From positions 5,480 to 69,479 of the forward strand of contig JAYVZS010000065.1 in assembly GCA_043783155.1 (NCBI GenBank): a stretch of 64,000 nucleotides of DNA. Direction: 5' to 3'. Each line of letters starts with the position of its first letter. Positions within the stretch are counted from its first letter, which is position 1. A model generated the notes under the pieces. That model made no database searches and was not told the DNA's origin. It worked only from the letters and a program-made list of their open reading frames with translations. This DNA is from Bacteroidota bacterium (GTDB lineage Bacteria; Bacteroidota; Bacteroidia; AKYH767-A; 2013-40CM-41-45). Positions 28,927 through 38,657 of this stretch are shown here, in pieces. The position numbers were made by a program, and so were the translations under genes.

Positions 28927-31002
28927 TTATTCTCCTGTCACCATCACTTTTTTAACGGACGATTCTCCGTCTTTCTCAAGCACGATAAAATAAATTCCTT
29001 CTTCCATCTCTTTTTCCATCGCGTACTGATGTTCTCCCGCACGCATTTCCGCATTCACGATTGTTTTCACTTCTCTTCCCAGGGCGTCCGTAATTTTCAG
29101 GATTACTTTTTTATTTTTTTCCAATCCGAATGAGATGAAAAATTTACCCGCTGCAGGATTCGGAAATACATTGTATGATTCTGTTGAAGAGATGATCTCA
29201 GAAGTACCTGCAATAACACCACTGAGATTGATATCATCGATGTAAATGTTGTTTCCTCTGCCACTGGTGTTCCTGAATTTGAATCGCACATCCGGTTGAT
29301 TGTGATATGCAATGATGCTGACCTGTTCCTTTCTCCATTGTGATGTGTCCGTAGGAATAAAATAAGCATTCGTATCGCTCGTTGTCATTAAGCCGACTCC
29401 TGATTTGATGTACCTCGGCGTCCATGTTTCGCCGCAGTTGGTGCTCACATAAATCTGCAACACATCTTTACGGTAAGAATTGCGTTGCGCATAAGCAAGT
29501 TTAAAATCCAATGCCAACGCCGTCGCTCCCGAAAGATTAAAAGCCGGTGTGATGTACTCATCTATTTGTCCGTTTGCATTGCCGGAAAAATTATTGATCA
29601 TGATGCAGGATGTTCCGGTGCGGCCAACAGTGGTATCACGTCTCCACGTATTTCCTCCATCGGGATTCATGATATAACCATCCGTTCCCGGAAAAGTTCC
29701 CGCCACTTCAAAACTTTCAAAATAAGGTGCGAGTTCAGTCGGCGGACCGTTCACCCGGATGAAAGATGTTTTTAAAACTGAATCAGCACCAACTGAATTA
29801 GATATTCTGAGCGATGCATCGTACGTACCCATGAGACCATAATAAACAACCGGTGCAGAGTCAGTGGATGTTGCCGGAACGCCGCCCTGAAAATTCCATT
29901 CCCATGATGTCGGTTGTGATTTCCACGAAAAATCATTGTAGTGAACTGAATCGCCAACGCAAACCTCATGATGAATCGCATTGAAATCCGCAACAGGACT
30001 GCAGGATGGAATTGCGGCAAGACTATCTGTCCCGGTTGCGATAAGATTGGAATTGCTCCACAGACTATCACGATAATCAATAGAATCGGTGAGCGTTGCA
30101 ACCATTCTTATCTTCTGACCTTCTGTAAACATCTTACAGCAATACGAATAGTCCATGTAGTTCTGAACATTATCAACCGCGCTTCCGCATGAGGCACCAC
30201 TTAAATTACAGGTTGTCCATCCCTTTGTAGTCGGTGTATCAAAAACAAGATCATCACCACATGACACACCCGGATTATCCGTATCTCCCCATGTATGCCG
30301 CAGATTCAGGTAGTGACCTATTTCATGTGTGAGTGCGCGCGACCGTGTCAGGGTTCCCTGGCCGATGCTGCCGAGATAGGTCATCAGCATAATCACGCCA
30401 TCAGCACCGGCAGGCGCTGTGCCGGGATAATACGCGTACGCCGCGGCACCCGAAATGGCTAATGATGAAACCACCCAAACATTCAGGTATTTTTCTTTCG
30501 GCCATGGATTCAATTTGGATTGATCATCAGCCGAGTAAGTAAGCATGGATGGAATGCGATCAATTCCGTTGGTGCAATTACCATTCGGATCAATCGTAGC
30601 TAAACGAAATTCAATTTCGCAATCAGCGGCAATGGGTTTAAAGACAGGAAGAATATCAGCGGTATCATAACTCATCTTCCGATAGTCATCATTCAGGATC
30701 CGAACCTGATCCACTACCTGCGCATCAGAAACATTTTCAGGTCCGTAATTATGAATGATATGAAATACAGTGGGAATGATGTATACCACCCCGGACGTGT
30801 CAATATGATTTCCGGACCGTACCCGTGCCGTATGCTGTTGCGTATGACGCTCAAGTTCACCCTGCGTTTGTAAAATTTCAGGATGATCTTTTACTCGCTG
30901 CTTATAAATCTCTGTTGTGTAGCAATGCTTTTCATCCTGCGCATGCAGCAGATTGGAATACAGAAAGGCAGCAGTGGCAACTATCAAAAATATTTTTTTC
31001 AC
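28927..31002 (-). CDS. M43 (pappalysin/ulilysin-like) zinc metalloprotease with PKD and T9SS domains
   Basis: IPTVFHII, HEIGHYLNLRHTW, Met-turn NYMDYS, PKD (WEWNFQGG), CTD VFPNP. Confidence 0.93.
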   Translation of the reverse strand: MKKIFLIVATAAFLYSNLLHAQDEKHCYTTEIYKQRVKDHPEILQTQGELERHTQQHTARVRSGNHIDTSGVVYIIPTVFHIIHNYGPENVSDAQVVDQVRILNDDYRKMSYDTADILPVFKPIAADCEIEFRLATIDPNGNCTNGIDRIPSMLTYSADDQSKLNPWPKEKYLNVWVVSSLAISGAAAYAYYPGTAPAGADGVIMLMTYLGSIGQGTLTRSRALTHEIGHYLNLRHTWGDTDNPGVSCGDDLVFDTPTTKGWTTCNLSGASCGSAVDNVQNYMDYSYCCKMFTEGQKIRMVATLTDSIDYRDSLWSNSNLIATGTDSLAAIPSCSPVADFNAIHHEVCVGDSVHYNDFSWKSQPTSWEWNFQGGVPATSTDSAPVVYYGLMGTYDASLRISNSVGADSVLKTSFIRVNGPPTELAPYFESFEVAGTFPGTDGYIMNPDGGNTWRRDTTVGRTGTSCIMINNFSGNANGQIDEYITPAFNLSGATALALDFKLAYAQRNSYRKDVLQIYVSTNCGETWTPRYIKSGVGLMTTSDTNAYFIPTDTSQWRKEQVSIIAYHNQPDVRFKFRNTSGRGNNIYIDDINLSGVIAGTSEIISSTESYNVFPNPAAGKFFISFGLEKNKKVILKITDALGREVKTIVNAEMRAGEHQYAMEKEMEEGIYFIVLEKDGESSVKKVMVTGE

Positions 31003-31035
31003 AAGTTCAGTTTAGTGTTCAGGAATCCGGAAAAA

Positions 31036-33159
31036 TTATTCGATCACGAGTTTCTTAACCGTTGAAATATCTCCGGCTTTCAGGCGGACCAGGTAAATTC
31101 CCTTGCTGAACTGACTTGCATCTACATTGTATTCGTGATTTCCACCGTTGAGTTGATCTTTCATCACTGTTTTAATTTCTCTTCCGAGTAAATCCGAGAT
31201 CGTGATTTCAGCTTTGCCGGGTTCCATTGTTTCAAATGAGATGTTGAAAGCATCATTGGCAGGATTCGGATAGACATCAAAATTCAAAGAGGCAATTTTG
31301 ATTTCCTCAACTCCGATTGTACAATTGGCAGCGAGATTGATATCATCAATGTACAGGTTGTTGTCGCCTCCGCTGGTGAATTCAAATTTAACACGTGCAT
31401 CCGAATGACCATTTAAACCGGTAATATTACCGAGGGTAATCAACGCCCACTGACTTTGTGAAGTCGGAATAAAACCCGAGTTTACAGTCGGCACTGTTGC
31501 AAGCTGCGCACCCTGAATCTGCCTCCTATAATTACCCCAGGACTTTCCGCAATTCGTAGAAATATAAATTTTAAGAACATCCGTTTTGGTGATATCCTTT
31601 TGGGCATAGGCCATTCTAAATGTAAGTGTGGCACCGGTGCATCCGGTCATATCAACACCGGGAGTTATCCAGCTATCAACAAAACCTGCCTGGCTCTGGT
31701 TATAGTTCAGAATTCTTACGCAGGATGTTCCCGAATAACCCGCATTTGTAAATCGCTGCCATGTATTGCCTGCATCGTTAATAATGTATCCGTTTCCGGG
31801 GAATGTTCCGGCGGTCTCAAAATCATCAAAGTAATTTGGAACGGGATTGGTCGGAGAAGCAACACTAATGATACTATTCTTGGTAATAGAATTAGACCCT
31901 CCGGCATTAGTAACAGCTAATGTAGCATTTTGCGGTCCGGGTGTAGTATAACTCACATACGGATTTTGCAATGTTGAAGTTCCCGGTGTGCCGTTCGGAA
32001 ATGTCCATAAATAAGTCATCGTATCAGAATTATAACTGGTGGAAATATACTGACATGAATCACCGCTACAGATATGATCCTGCTTCGGATAGAAGTCAGC
32101 AATCGGTGCGCACGTTGGCGGAGTTGATCCGTCGGTTCCGGTTGCAATCAGGTTCGACATCGACCATAAATTATTCCGGCCTTCAATGTTTGAATTAAGA
32201 GCCGCTATCATTCTCGCCTTCTGACCATAGGTAAACATACAATCACAATACGAATAGTCCATGTAGTTTTGATAGTTTTCATGAATACCCGCATTGCAAA
32301 TATCGATCGGAACAGAAGGGTAATTCGGGCAATGATCCCATCCTTTGGTAATCGGGGTATCACTCACAAAATCATCACCGCAAACAGATCCGGCCGTATT
32401 GTTATTTCCCCATGGATGACTAAGATGAAAACAATGACCGATTTCGTGCGTTAATGTCCGCGAATTGTTTACATTACTTGTCCCAATACTTCCCACATAA
32501 TTCGCCAACGCGATAACGCCATCAACGGAACCGTAAGGTGGTGGGTTAATAGGAGGAACAGAGCCCGGCTGATATGCATAAGCAGCAGCGGAGGCATGCG
32601 AAGCACCAAATTGAGCGACAGTCCAGATATTCAAATATTTATTCGGAGGCCATGGATTAAATTTGGCCTGGTCGTCACCGATGTGTGTGTGAAAAGAAAC
32701 AATACGTTCGATGCCATTCGTGCAATTGCCAAGCGAGTCTATAGTGGCAAGACGAAACTCAACCCCAATATCAGCCGCCAATGAAATGAAGTCACTGATA
32801 ATGTTTGCCGTATCGGCATTTAATTTTCTGTAATCGCGGTTCAAAATCCTTACGGCATCTCTCACTTGTGCATCGCTGATATTCTCAGGACCATATTCAT
32901 GGATAATGTGAAAGACTATCGGAATGATGTATACAACAGAACTGGTTCCGTTCGGGTTGGTCCTGCGATAGGCAGGATTATTTTGTTGAATGAAGTTCTT
33001 GGTAAATTCTTCAAGCTGCTGCTCTTTCACAAGAAGTTCAGGATGCTGACGGATGGTTTCATGATAGACTTCATCCGTAAAACAACGTTTGCGCTGAGCA
33101 TGCAAAGCAAAAACATTGACAAGGAGAACGGAAAGAATTATAGCGTAGACTTTTTTCAT
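31036..33159 (-). CDS. M43 zinc metalloprotease with PKD and T9SS domains (paralog)
   Basis: IPIVFHII, HEIGHCFHLSHPW, NYMDYS, PKD (WTFPNGTP), CTD VYPNP. Start placed at MKKVYAII (33159). Confidence 0.93.
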   Translation of the reverse strand: MKKVYAIILSVLLVNVFALHAQRKRCFTDEVYHETIRQHPELLVKEQQLEEFTKNFIQQNNPAYRRTNPNGTSSVVYIIPIVFHIIHEYGPENISDAQVRDAVRILNRDYRKLNADTANIISDFISLAADIGVEFRLATIDSLGNCTNGIERIVSFHTHIGDDQAKFNPWPPNKYLNIWTVAQFGASHASAAAYAYQPGSVPPINPPPYGSVDGVIALANYVGSIGTSNVNNSRTLTHEIGHCFHLSHPWGNNNTAGSVCGDDFVSDTPITKGWDHCPNYPSVPIDICNAGIHENYQNYMDYSYCDCMFTYGQKARMIAALNSNIEGRNNLWSMSNLIATGTDGSTPPTCAPIADFYPKQDHICSGDSCQYISTSYNSDTMTYLWTFPNGTPGTSTLQNPYVSYTTPGPQNATLAVTNAGGSNSITKNSIISVASPTNPVPNYFDDFETAGTFPGNGYIINDAGNTWQRFTNAGYSGTSCVRILNYNQSQAGFVDSWITPGVDMTGCTGATLTFRMAYAQKDITKTDVLKIYISTNCGKSWGNYRRQIQGAQLATVPTVNSGFIPTSQSQWALITLGNITGLNGHSDARVKFEFTSGGDNNLYIDDINLAANCTIGVEEIKIASLNFDVYPNPANDAFNISFETMEPGKAEITISDLLGREIKTVMKDQLNGGNHEYNVDASQFSKGIYLVRLKAGDISTVKKLVIE

Positions 33160-33267
33160 CACGATAAGGCGTTTATTTAGTGTGTTTAAGAAAGTAAATA
33201 TATTAGTAATTTTTGTAAAAACCATGAACTAATTTGAGAGCGTAGAATGTTGACAATCCCCTGACAA

Positions 33268-34407
33268 TTACCCGATCGCCTGCTTCAAATCATCAATCAG
33301 ATCGTCGATGTCTTCAACACCCACACTTAGACGCAGCAATGAATCGACCACTCCTGCCTTTTCCCGAATCTCTTTTGGAATAGATGCGTGCGTCATGGAA
33401 GCGGGATGACCGATCAAGGACTCCACACCTCCTAGCGATTCCGCCAGTGAAAATACTTTTGTGCGTGAAGCCATTTTAAAAGCTTCTTCCATCGAATTAC
33501 CTTTCAATGTAAATGAAATCATTCCTCCGAAATCTCTCATCTGCTTTTTAGCAAGAGCGTGATTCGGATGATCAGGAAATCCCGGCCAGTGTACTTTGTC
33601 AACTTTCGGATGCGATTTCAGAAACATAGCAATGGCTTTACCGTTGGTGCAATGACGCTCCATGCGAAGATGCAGTGTTTTAATTCCGCGTAGCACAAGA
33701 AAACTATCCATCGGTCCGGGAACAGCGCCGCAGGAATTGGCAATGAAAGCAAGTTGTTCCTGTATTGAATCATCGTTCGTACAGGTCGCGCCCATAATGA
33801 GATCAGAATGTCCGCTGATGTATTTGGTAACAGAATGCATCACGATGTTCGCACCAAGGTCGAGTGGAGTTTGCAAAAACGGAGATGCAAATGTGTTATC
33901 GACAACAAGAATGAGATTATGTTTTTTAGAAATCTCAGCACATGCACCGATGTCAATAATTTTCATCATCGGGTTCGTCGGCGTTTCCACCCAGAGCATT
34001 TTTGTTTTTGCGTTCACTAATTTATTCAAGGCGCTTATATCATTCATGTCAACAAAGTGAAACACGATACCGAAATGCGCAAACACTTTGGTGAACATGC
34101 GGTATGATCCGCCGTATAAATCATCTGTCGCGATTACTTCATCGCCGGGACGCAATAATTTGATGATGGCATCCGTCGCTCCCATTCCACTGCTGAAACA
34201 CAAACCGTGTTTTGCATTTTCGAGCGAAGCAATACATTTCTCCAAAGCGATACGTGTCGGATTTTTTCCGCGGGCGTATGCATACCCTTTATTTTTTCCC
34301 GGACTTTCCTGCACATAAGTAGAGGTCTGATAAATGGGAGTCATAATGGCTCCCGTTGTTGGATCCGGTTCCTGTCCGGCATGAATGGCTTTGGTAGCGA
34401 ATTTCAT
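33268..34407 (-). CDS. Cystathionine gamma-synthase/lyase (PLP-dependent trans-sulfuration enzyme)
   Basis: PIYQTSTY, Y.R..NPTR, FSSGM, YGGSYR, ETPTNP, VDNTF, HSVTKYISGHSD, SLGGVESL, RLSVGVE. Start placed at MKFATK (34407). Confidence 0.95.
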   Translation of the reverse strand: MKFATKAIHAGQEPDPTTGAIMTPIYQTSTYVQESPGKNKGYAYARGKNPTRIALEKCIASLENAKHGLCFSSGMGATDAIIKLLRPGDEVIATDDLYGGSYRMFTKVFAHFGIVFHFVDMNDISALNKLVNAKTKMLWVETPTNPMMKIIDIGACAEISKKHNLILVVDNTFASPFLQTPLDLGANIVMHSVTKYISGHSDLIMGATCTNDDSIQEQLAFIANSCGAVPGPMDSFLVLRGIKTLHLRMERHCTNGKAIAMFLKSHPKVDKVHWPGFPDHPNHALAKKQMRDFGGMISFTLKGNSMEEAFKMASRTKVFSLAESLGGVESLIGHPASMTHASIPKEIREKAGVVDSLLRLSVGVEDIDDLIDDLKQAIG

Positions 34408-34426
34408 CTTTAACTTTTTGAGTGGA

Positions 34427-34434
34427 CAAATGTA
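34427..34434 (-). promoter_or_regulatory. Bacteroidota -7 promoter element (TACATTTG)
   Basis: TAnnTTTG on the minus strand, 19 nt upstream of ATG 34407. Confidence 0.6.
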
Positions 34435-34549
34435 TATGAATTCAGCAAAGAACAAACGTTAAAGTATGACGTAACGGGAGCATGAAAAGACGGACGGTTT
34501 TAGAAATATTGTTTAGATAAGCCATCAACAACCCGAATCATCTAATTCC

Positions 34550-34557
34550 TACATTTG
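34550..34557 (+). promoter_or_regulatory. Bacteroidota -7 promoter element (TACATTTG)
   Basis: TAnnTTTG 5 nt upstream of the holB ATG, suggesting a near-leaderless transcript. Confidence 0.6.
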
Positions 34558-34562
34558 CATCC

Positions 34563-35690
34563 ATGCAATTCAAACAAGTAGTCGGACAGCAAACTGTTAA
34601 GCAGCGACTGATCAATGCGGTGAAAGAAAACCGTGTGAGTCATGCGCAGCTTTTTTTAGGACCGGAAGGTTCCGGAAATCTTGCCATGGCCATTGCATTT
34701 ACGCAATACCTCGTTTGTGAAAAACCATCAGAAACAGATTCATGCGGAGTTTGCCCGGCTTGTATTAAAATGAATAAGCTCGTTCATCCGGATGTTACAT
34801 TCTCGTATCCTGTAGCGACAAAAGAAAAAATTTCCAAACCCAAAAGTGTTGACTTCGTTGAAGACTGGCGCAAAGCCGTGATTGCAAATCCTTACCAGAA
34901 TTTTAACGACTGGGTGGAATCACTTGAAATTGAAAACAAGCAGGGAATTATTTCGGTGGAAGAAAGCGCTGATATCCTCCGGAGGTTAAGTTTGAAAAGT
35001 GTTGAATCAGGGTATCGGATTGTCATCATCTGGTTGCCTGAAAAACTTCACCCGTCAGCAGCAAATAAATTGCTGAAGGTGATTGAAGAGCCGCCCGACA
35101 AAACTATTTTTCTGTTGGTGGCGCAAAACCAGGAACAGATGATCAGCACAATAACGTCGCGCACTCAACTCATCAAGATTAACAAACTGAGTGATGATGA
35201 TATTCTCGATGTGTTGGTGAATAGACATGAACTTCAACATGAAGCGGCGAAAAAAATTGTGCATCGCGCCGATGGAAATTACCGTGAAGCATTGTTGTTG
35301 TTGAACAATGATCCGGAAGAAGAAGACGATGCAAAACGTTTCCTGGACTGGATGCGGTTTTGTCTGAAGTTTAACCTGCCTGGCATTATAGAATTTTCAG
35401 AATCGATGGCGAAAACCGGTCGTGAAAAACAAAAAATGTTTTTACAGACAGCGCTTCACATTGCCCGCGAATGTTTGGTGATCAACTACGCCGATTCATC
35501 CATGATTCGAATGGAAGGAAAAGAACTCGAAGACTTTAAACGCTTTGCTCCTTTTGTCAATAAAAATAACGCCGACCAATTTGTAGAAGAACTGAATAAA
35601 GCGCACTTCCATCTCGAACGCAACGCCAACACGAAAATCATTTTTACTGATTTATCACTTACAATGAATCGGTTGTTGCAGGTGAAGTGA
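34563..35690 (+). CDS. holB: DNA polymerase III subunit delta'
   Basis: HAQLFLGPEGSG, SCGVCPAC..HPD, AANKLLKVIEEPP, TITSRTQ. Confidence 0.93.
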   Translation: MQFKQVVGQQTVKQRLINAVKENRVSHAQLFLGPEGSGNLAMAIAFTQYLVCEKPSETDSCGVCPACIKMNKLVHPDVTFSYPVATKEKISKPKSVDFVEDWRKAVIANPYQNFNDWVESLEIENKQGIISVEESADILRRLSLKSVESGYRIVIIWLPEKLHPSAANKLLKVIEEPPDKTIFLLVAQNQEQMISTITSRTQLIKINKLSDDDILDVLVNRHELQHEAAKKIVHRADGNYREALLLLNNDPEEEDDAKRFLDWMRFCLKFNLPGIIEFSESMAKTGREKQKMFLQTALHIARECLVINYADSSMIRMEGKELEDFKRFAPFVNKNNADQFVEELNKAHFHLERNANTKIIFTDLSLTMNRLLQVK

Positions 35691-35716
35691 GAGTCTTGTT
35701 AGATAATTATCTTGCT

Positions 35717-36163
35717 ATGAAAAAACGTTCATGCATTTTTTTTTCATTCGTATCTTTTATCTTTTTGCAATCAGTTGCTTTACTTTCTTTTTCTCAGCAA
35801 GTAATCCAATATCCTATTATCATTCAGGGGTCGGTCAGAGACAAAGTACTTAAAACGATTGTTCCATATCCATCAATTGTACTTTTTCAAAATGGTAAAA
35901 TGATAACCGGAGAGGCGGGTGATTCGAGTGGGAATTTTAAATTGAACTTGAAGGAAAGCGATATAACTGATACCTTATTTGATATTAAGGTAACACGCAT
36001 TGGCTATTTTCCAAACAAACTTTCCAAAATAAATTTTCGGGAATTATTATCTTCTAAAATATTTTCAATTGAGATAGTAAAAGATACCTTCTCATATCAT
36101 AATATGGCGCCACCGGATTATCTGCCACCGATTTACATACACAAAAAAGATTCCTTTAAATGA
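35717..36163 (+). CDS. Hypothetical exported protein with a carboxypeptidase-regulatory-like (transthyretin-fold) domain
   Basis: Signal peptide, IQGSVRDK..IVPYPSI, DSSGNFKL, VTRIGY. Start at ATG 35717 (the ORF track begins at 35687). Confidence 0.65.
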   Translation: MKKRSCIFFSFVSFIFLQSVALLSFSQQVIQYPIIIQGSVRDKVLKTIVPYPSIVLFQNGKMITGEAGDSSGNFKLNLKESDITDTLFDIKVTRIGYFPNKLSKINFRELLSSKIFSIEIVKDTFSYHNMAPPDYLPPIYIHKKDSFK

Positions 36164-36326
36164 AAGGCCATTTGTGTTTGATGCAACCGATCATCTCCTT
36201 TTGCCTTATTCAAAAACAATCAGACTCATTGAGAAATGCGACCCTGTTGATACGAATTTCATGAAACCGCTTGCAAACCAATCAAAAAATCTCTTTTCAA
36301 AAGTTGCTCTTTCGGACAACTTGTAT

Positions 36327-36334
36327 TATCTTTG
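36327..36334 (+). promoter_or_regulatory. Bacteroidota -7 promoter element (TATCTTTG)
   Basis: TAnnTTTG 4 nt upstream of the in-frame GTG at 36339. Confidence 0.55.
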
Positions 36335-36338
36335 TATC

Positions 36339-36671
36339 GTGAGTGAATCAAAGAAGCATCGCACAATCATTGTTTACAAAAACTACTTTGAAGAATTCTT
36401 CCTGAAACAAAAACAGAAAGTTAAAGATAAAATCCTCTGGACTTTTAACCTCATTGAAGAATTACCCAGGGTACCTGAACAGTATCTTAAACATATTGAA
36501 GGGATTAATGGACTATATGAAATAAGGATACAACAAGCAAGCGACATCTTCAGGATACTTTGTTTCTTTGACGAAGGTAATTTGATTGCGCTTGCAAACG
36601 CATTTCATAAGAAGACGCAGAAAACACAACGGCAGGAAATCGAAAAAGCAATTTTAATTAAGGAGGAATAG
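36339..36671 (+). CDS. Type II toxin, RelE/ParE (HigB/Gp49-like) family
   Basis: KHIEGINGLYEIR...IFRILCFF...LANAFHKKTQKT. GTG start at 36339 is preferred over the ORF-track start at 36174. Confidence 0.88.
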   Translation: MSESKKHRTIIVYKNYFEEFFLKQKQKVKDKILWTFNLIEELPRVPEQYLKHIEGINGLYEIRIQQASDIFRILCFFDEGNLIALANAFHKKTQKTQRQEIEKAILIKEE

Positions 36672-36672
36672 T

Positions 36673-36978
36673 ATGGCAGGAAAAAAAAATAAAACCCGTA
36701 CTCTTGATCAATTCAAAGACGAACATTACGGCAAGAAAGGGACTAAAAAGCGTGACCAATTTGAAAAAGGTTACCAGGAGTTTAAGCTCGGTGCACTCAT
36801 ACACGATGCCCGTCTTGAACAAGGTTTGACGCAGGAAGAACTTGCAGAAAAATGCGGGACAAACAAAGCATATATTTCTAAAGTGGAGAACAACATTAAA
36901 GATGTTCGGGTTTCTACTTTACGAAGAATCATTGAAGTTGGACTTGGAGGACATCTCCAACTTTCAATCAGATTGTAA
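36673..36978 (+). CDS. XRE/HigA-like HTH antitoxin
   Basis: ARLEQGLTQEELAEKCGTNKAYISKVEN; lies directly downstream of the toxin. Confidence 0.9.
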   Translation: MAGKKNKTRTLDQFKDEHYGKKGTKKRDQFEKGYQEFKLGALIHDARLEQGLTQEELAEKCGTNKAYISKVENNIKDVRVSTLRRIIEVGLGGHLQLSIRL

Positions 36979-37024
36979 TATGGGTTAAGTAATGATGAAT
37001 TTCTATCTTTGTCAATTAGCTTTT

Positions 37025-37112
37025 CCAAATCACCAAATCACCAAATCACCAAATCACCAAATCACCAATTCACCAATTCACCAATTCACCAAATCACTAA
37101 TTCGCCAATTCA
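37025..37112 (+). repeat. Octamer tandem repeat (CCAAWTCA)x11
   Basis: 11 consecutive 8-bp units (6 CCAAATCA, 4 CCAATTCA, 1 CTAATTCG) ending 3 nt before ATG 37116. Confidence 0.95.
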
Positions 37113-37115
37113 ACC

Positions 37116-38654
37116 ATGGGTTGCAGTTCATGTAGTACAGATAAAGACGGAAAGCCGGGCGGATGCCGCAGTAACGGGACGTGTGGAACGGGAAGCTGTA
37201 ACAAGCTGAATGTTTTCAACTGGCTCACGGATATGACACTTCCGATGGGACAGGCACCATACGATTTAGTGGAAGTCCGTTTCAAAGGAAGCCGCAAAGA
37301 ATTTTTCCGCAACAAAGAAAATATTCCCCTTAAAACAGGCGATGCGGTCGCCGTTGAAGCCATGCCCGGCCATGATGTCGGTGTTGTTTCATTAGCCGGT
37401 GAACTGGTTCGTTTTCAACTGAAGAAAAGAGGACTGACGGAAAATTCTGAGCAGATCAAAACACTCTATCGCAAAGCGAAACAAAATGAACTGGAGAAAT
37501 GGTATGAGGTTAAAGAACTCGAACCTTCCACCCTTAGCCGCACACGCACCATCATACAAAGTCTGAAACTTAGCATGAAGTTAAGTGATGTTGAATTCCA
37601 GGGCGACGGAAAAAAAGCCACGTTTTATTACACTGCCGACGACCGGGTTGATTTTCGTGAACTGATAAAAAAATTAGCTGATGAATTTCATGTCCGCGTA
37701 GAAATGCGACAGATCGGAATGCGACAGGAAGCAAGCCGTCTCGGTGGAATCGGTTCTTGCGGAAGAGAGTTGTGTTGTTCTACCTGGCTCACCGATTTTA
37801 AAACTGTTTCAACAAGTGCAGCGCGGTACCAGAATCTTGCATTGAATCCGGCGAAGCTTGCAGGGCAATGCGGAAAATTAAAATGCTGTCTCAACTATGA
37901 ACTCGACAGTTACATGGATACGCTGAAAGATTTTCCGAATACGAACGTCGTCATTGAAACGGAAAAAGGAAGAGCATCTCACCGCAAGACAGACATTTTT
38001 AAACGGATGATGTGGTTCGCCTACGATAACTATGAAAGCAGGGAGCGGAAAGAACCGGGAGAAGGCAGTGGCGAAGGCGGCAACTGGGTGGCGTTGCCGG
38101 TTGACCGTGTGAAAGAAATTATTTCACTCAACAAACAACAAATCAAACCGGTCGACTTAAAAGATTTTGAAGAAGAAGAGGAAATAGAATACACTCCGGA
38201 TTTTGAAAATGTAGTCGGGCAGGATCGCATTGACCGGATGGACAAGAAAGGAAAGAAGAGAAAGAAGAAGAAAAAGAAAAGCGGTCAACCAGGTGATCCG
38301 GCGCAAGCAACGGCTCAACCGCAGCAACCTGCCAATCCCAATCAAGAAAATAAACCGCAGGGACAACAACGAAATCCTCAGCAGCAAAACAGACCGCAAC
38401 AGCAAGGGGGACAACAGCAACAGCGAAATCCGAATCAACAGAATAAGCCGCAAGGACAACAACAAAGAAATCCTCAGCAGCAAAACAAGCCGCCACAGCA
38501 GCAGCAGGGACAGCCGCCGAAAAATCCTCAGCAGCAAAACAAACCTCAGCAACAACCCGGACAAAATCCGAATCAACAAAACCGGAATCGTCCGCAGCGT
38601 CAACAACCGCCAAGGAATAATCCGACACCACCATCAGAAAATAAAACAGAATAA
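37116..38654 (+). CDS. ricT: PSP1/RicT (YaaT) family protein with a Q/N/P-rich C-terminal tail
   Basis: Cys-rich N-terminus, VEVRFK, FYYTAD.RVDFRELIK, VEMRQIG.RQEA, GSCGRELCC, KLAGQCGKLKCCLNYE. Confidence 0.9.
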   Translation: MGCSSCSTDKDGKPGGCRSNGTCGTGSCNKLNVFNWLTDMTLPMGQAPYDLVEVRFKGSRKEFFRNKENIPLKTGDAVAVEAMPGHDVGVVSLAGELVRFQLKKRGLTENSEQIKTLYRKAKQNELEKWYEVKELEPSTLSRTRTIIQSLKLSMKLSDVEFQGDGKKATFYYTADDRVDFRELIKKLADEFHVRVEMRQIGMRQEASRLGGIGSCGRELCCSTWLTDFKTVSTSAARYQNLALNPAKLAGQCGKLKCCLNYELDSYMDTLKDFPNTNVVIETEKGRASHRKTDIFKRMMWFAYDNYESRERKEPGEGSGEGGNWVALPVDRVKEIISLNKQQIKPVDLKDFEEEEEIEYTPDFENVVGQDRIDRMDKKGKKRKKKKKKSGQPGDPAQATAQPQQPANPNQENKPQGQQRNPQQQNRPQQQGGQQQQRNPNQQNKPQGQQQRNPQQQNKPPQQQQGQPPKNPQQQNKPQQQPGQNPNQQNRNRPQRQQPPRNNPTPPSENKTE

Positions 38655-38657
38655 TTT

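Noticed and set aside
34408-34562. SAM riboswitch upstream of the trans-sulfuration gene
   Set aside because: The -7 promoter motif lies only about 20 nt from the start codon, leaving no room, and I saw no SAM aptamer core.
36174-36338. N-terminal extensions in the ORF track (also 39054-39395, 44296-44427, 33160-33225, 34408-34455, 9611-9727)
   Set aside because: They precede the first recognisable domain or signal peptide and cross promoter-like or intergenic sequence, so downstream starts were chosen.
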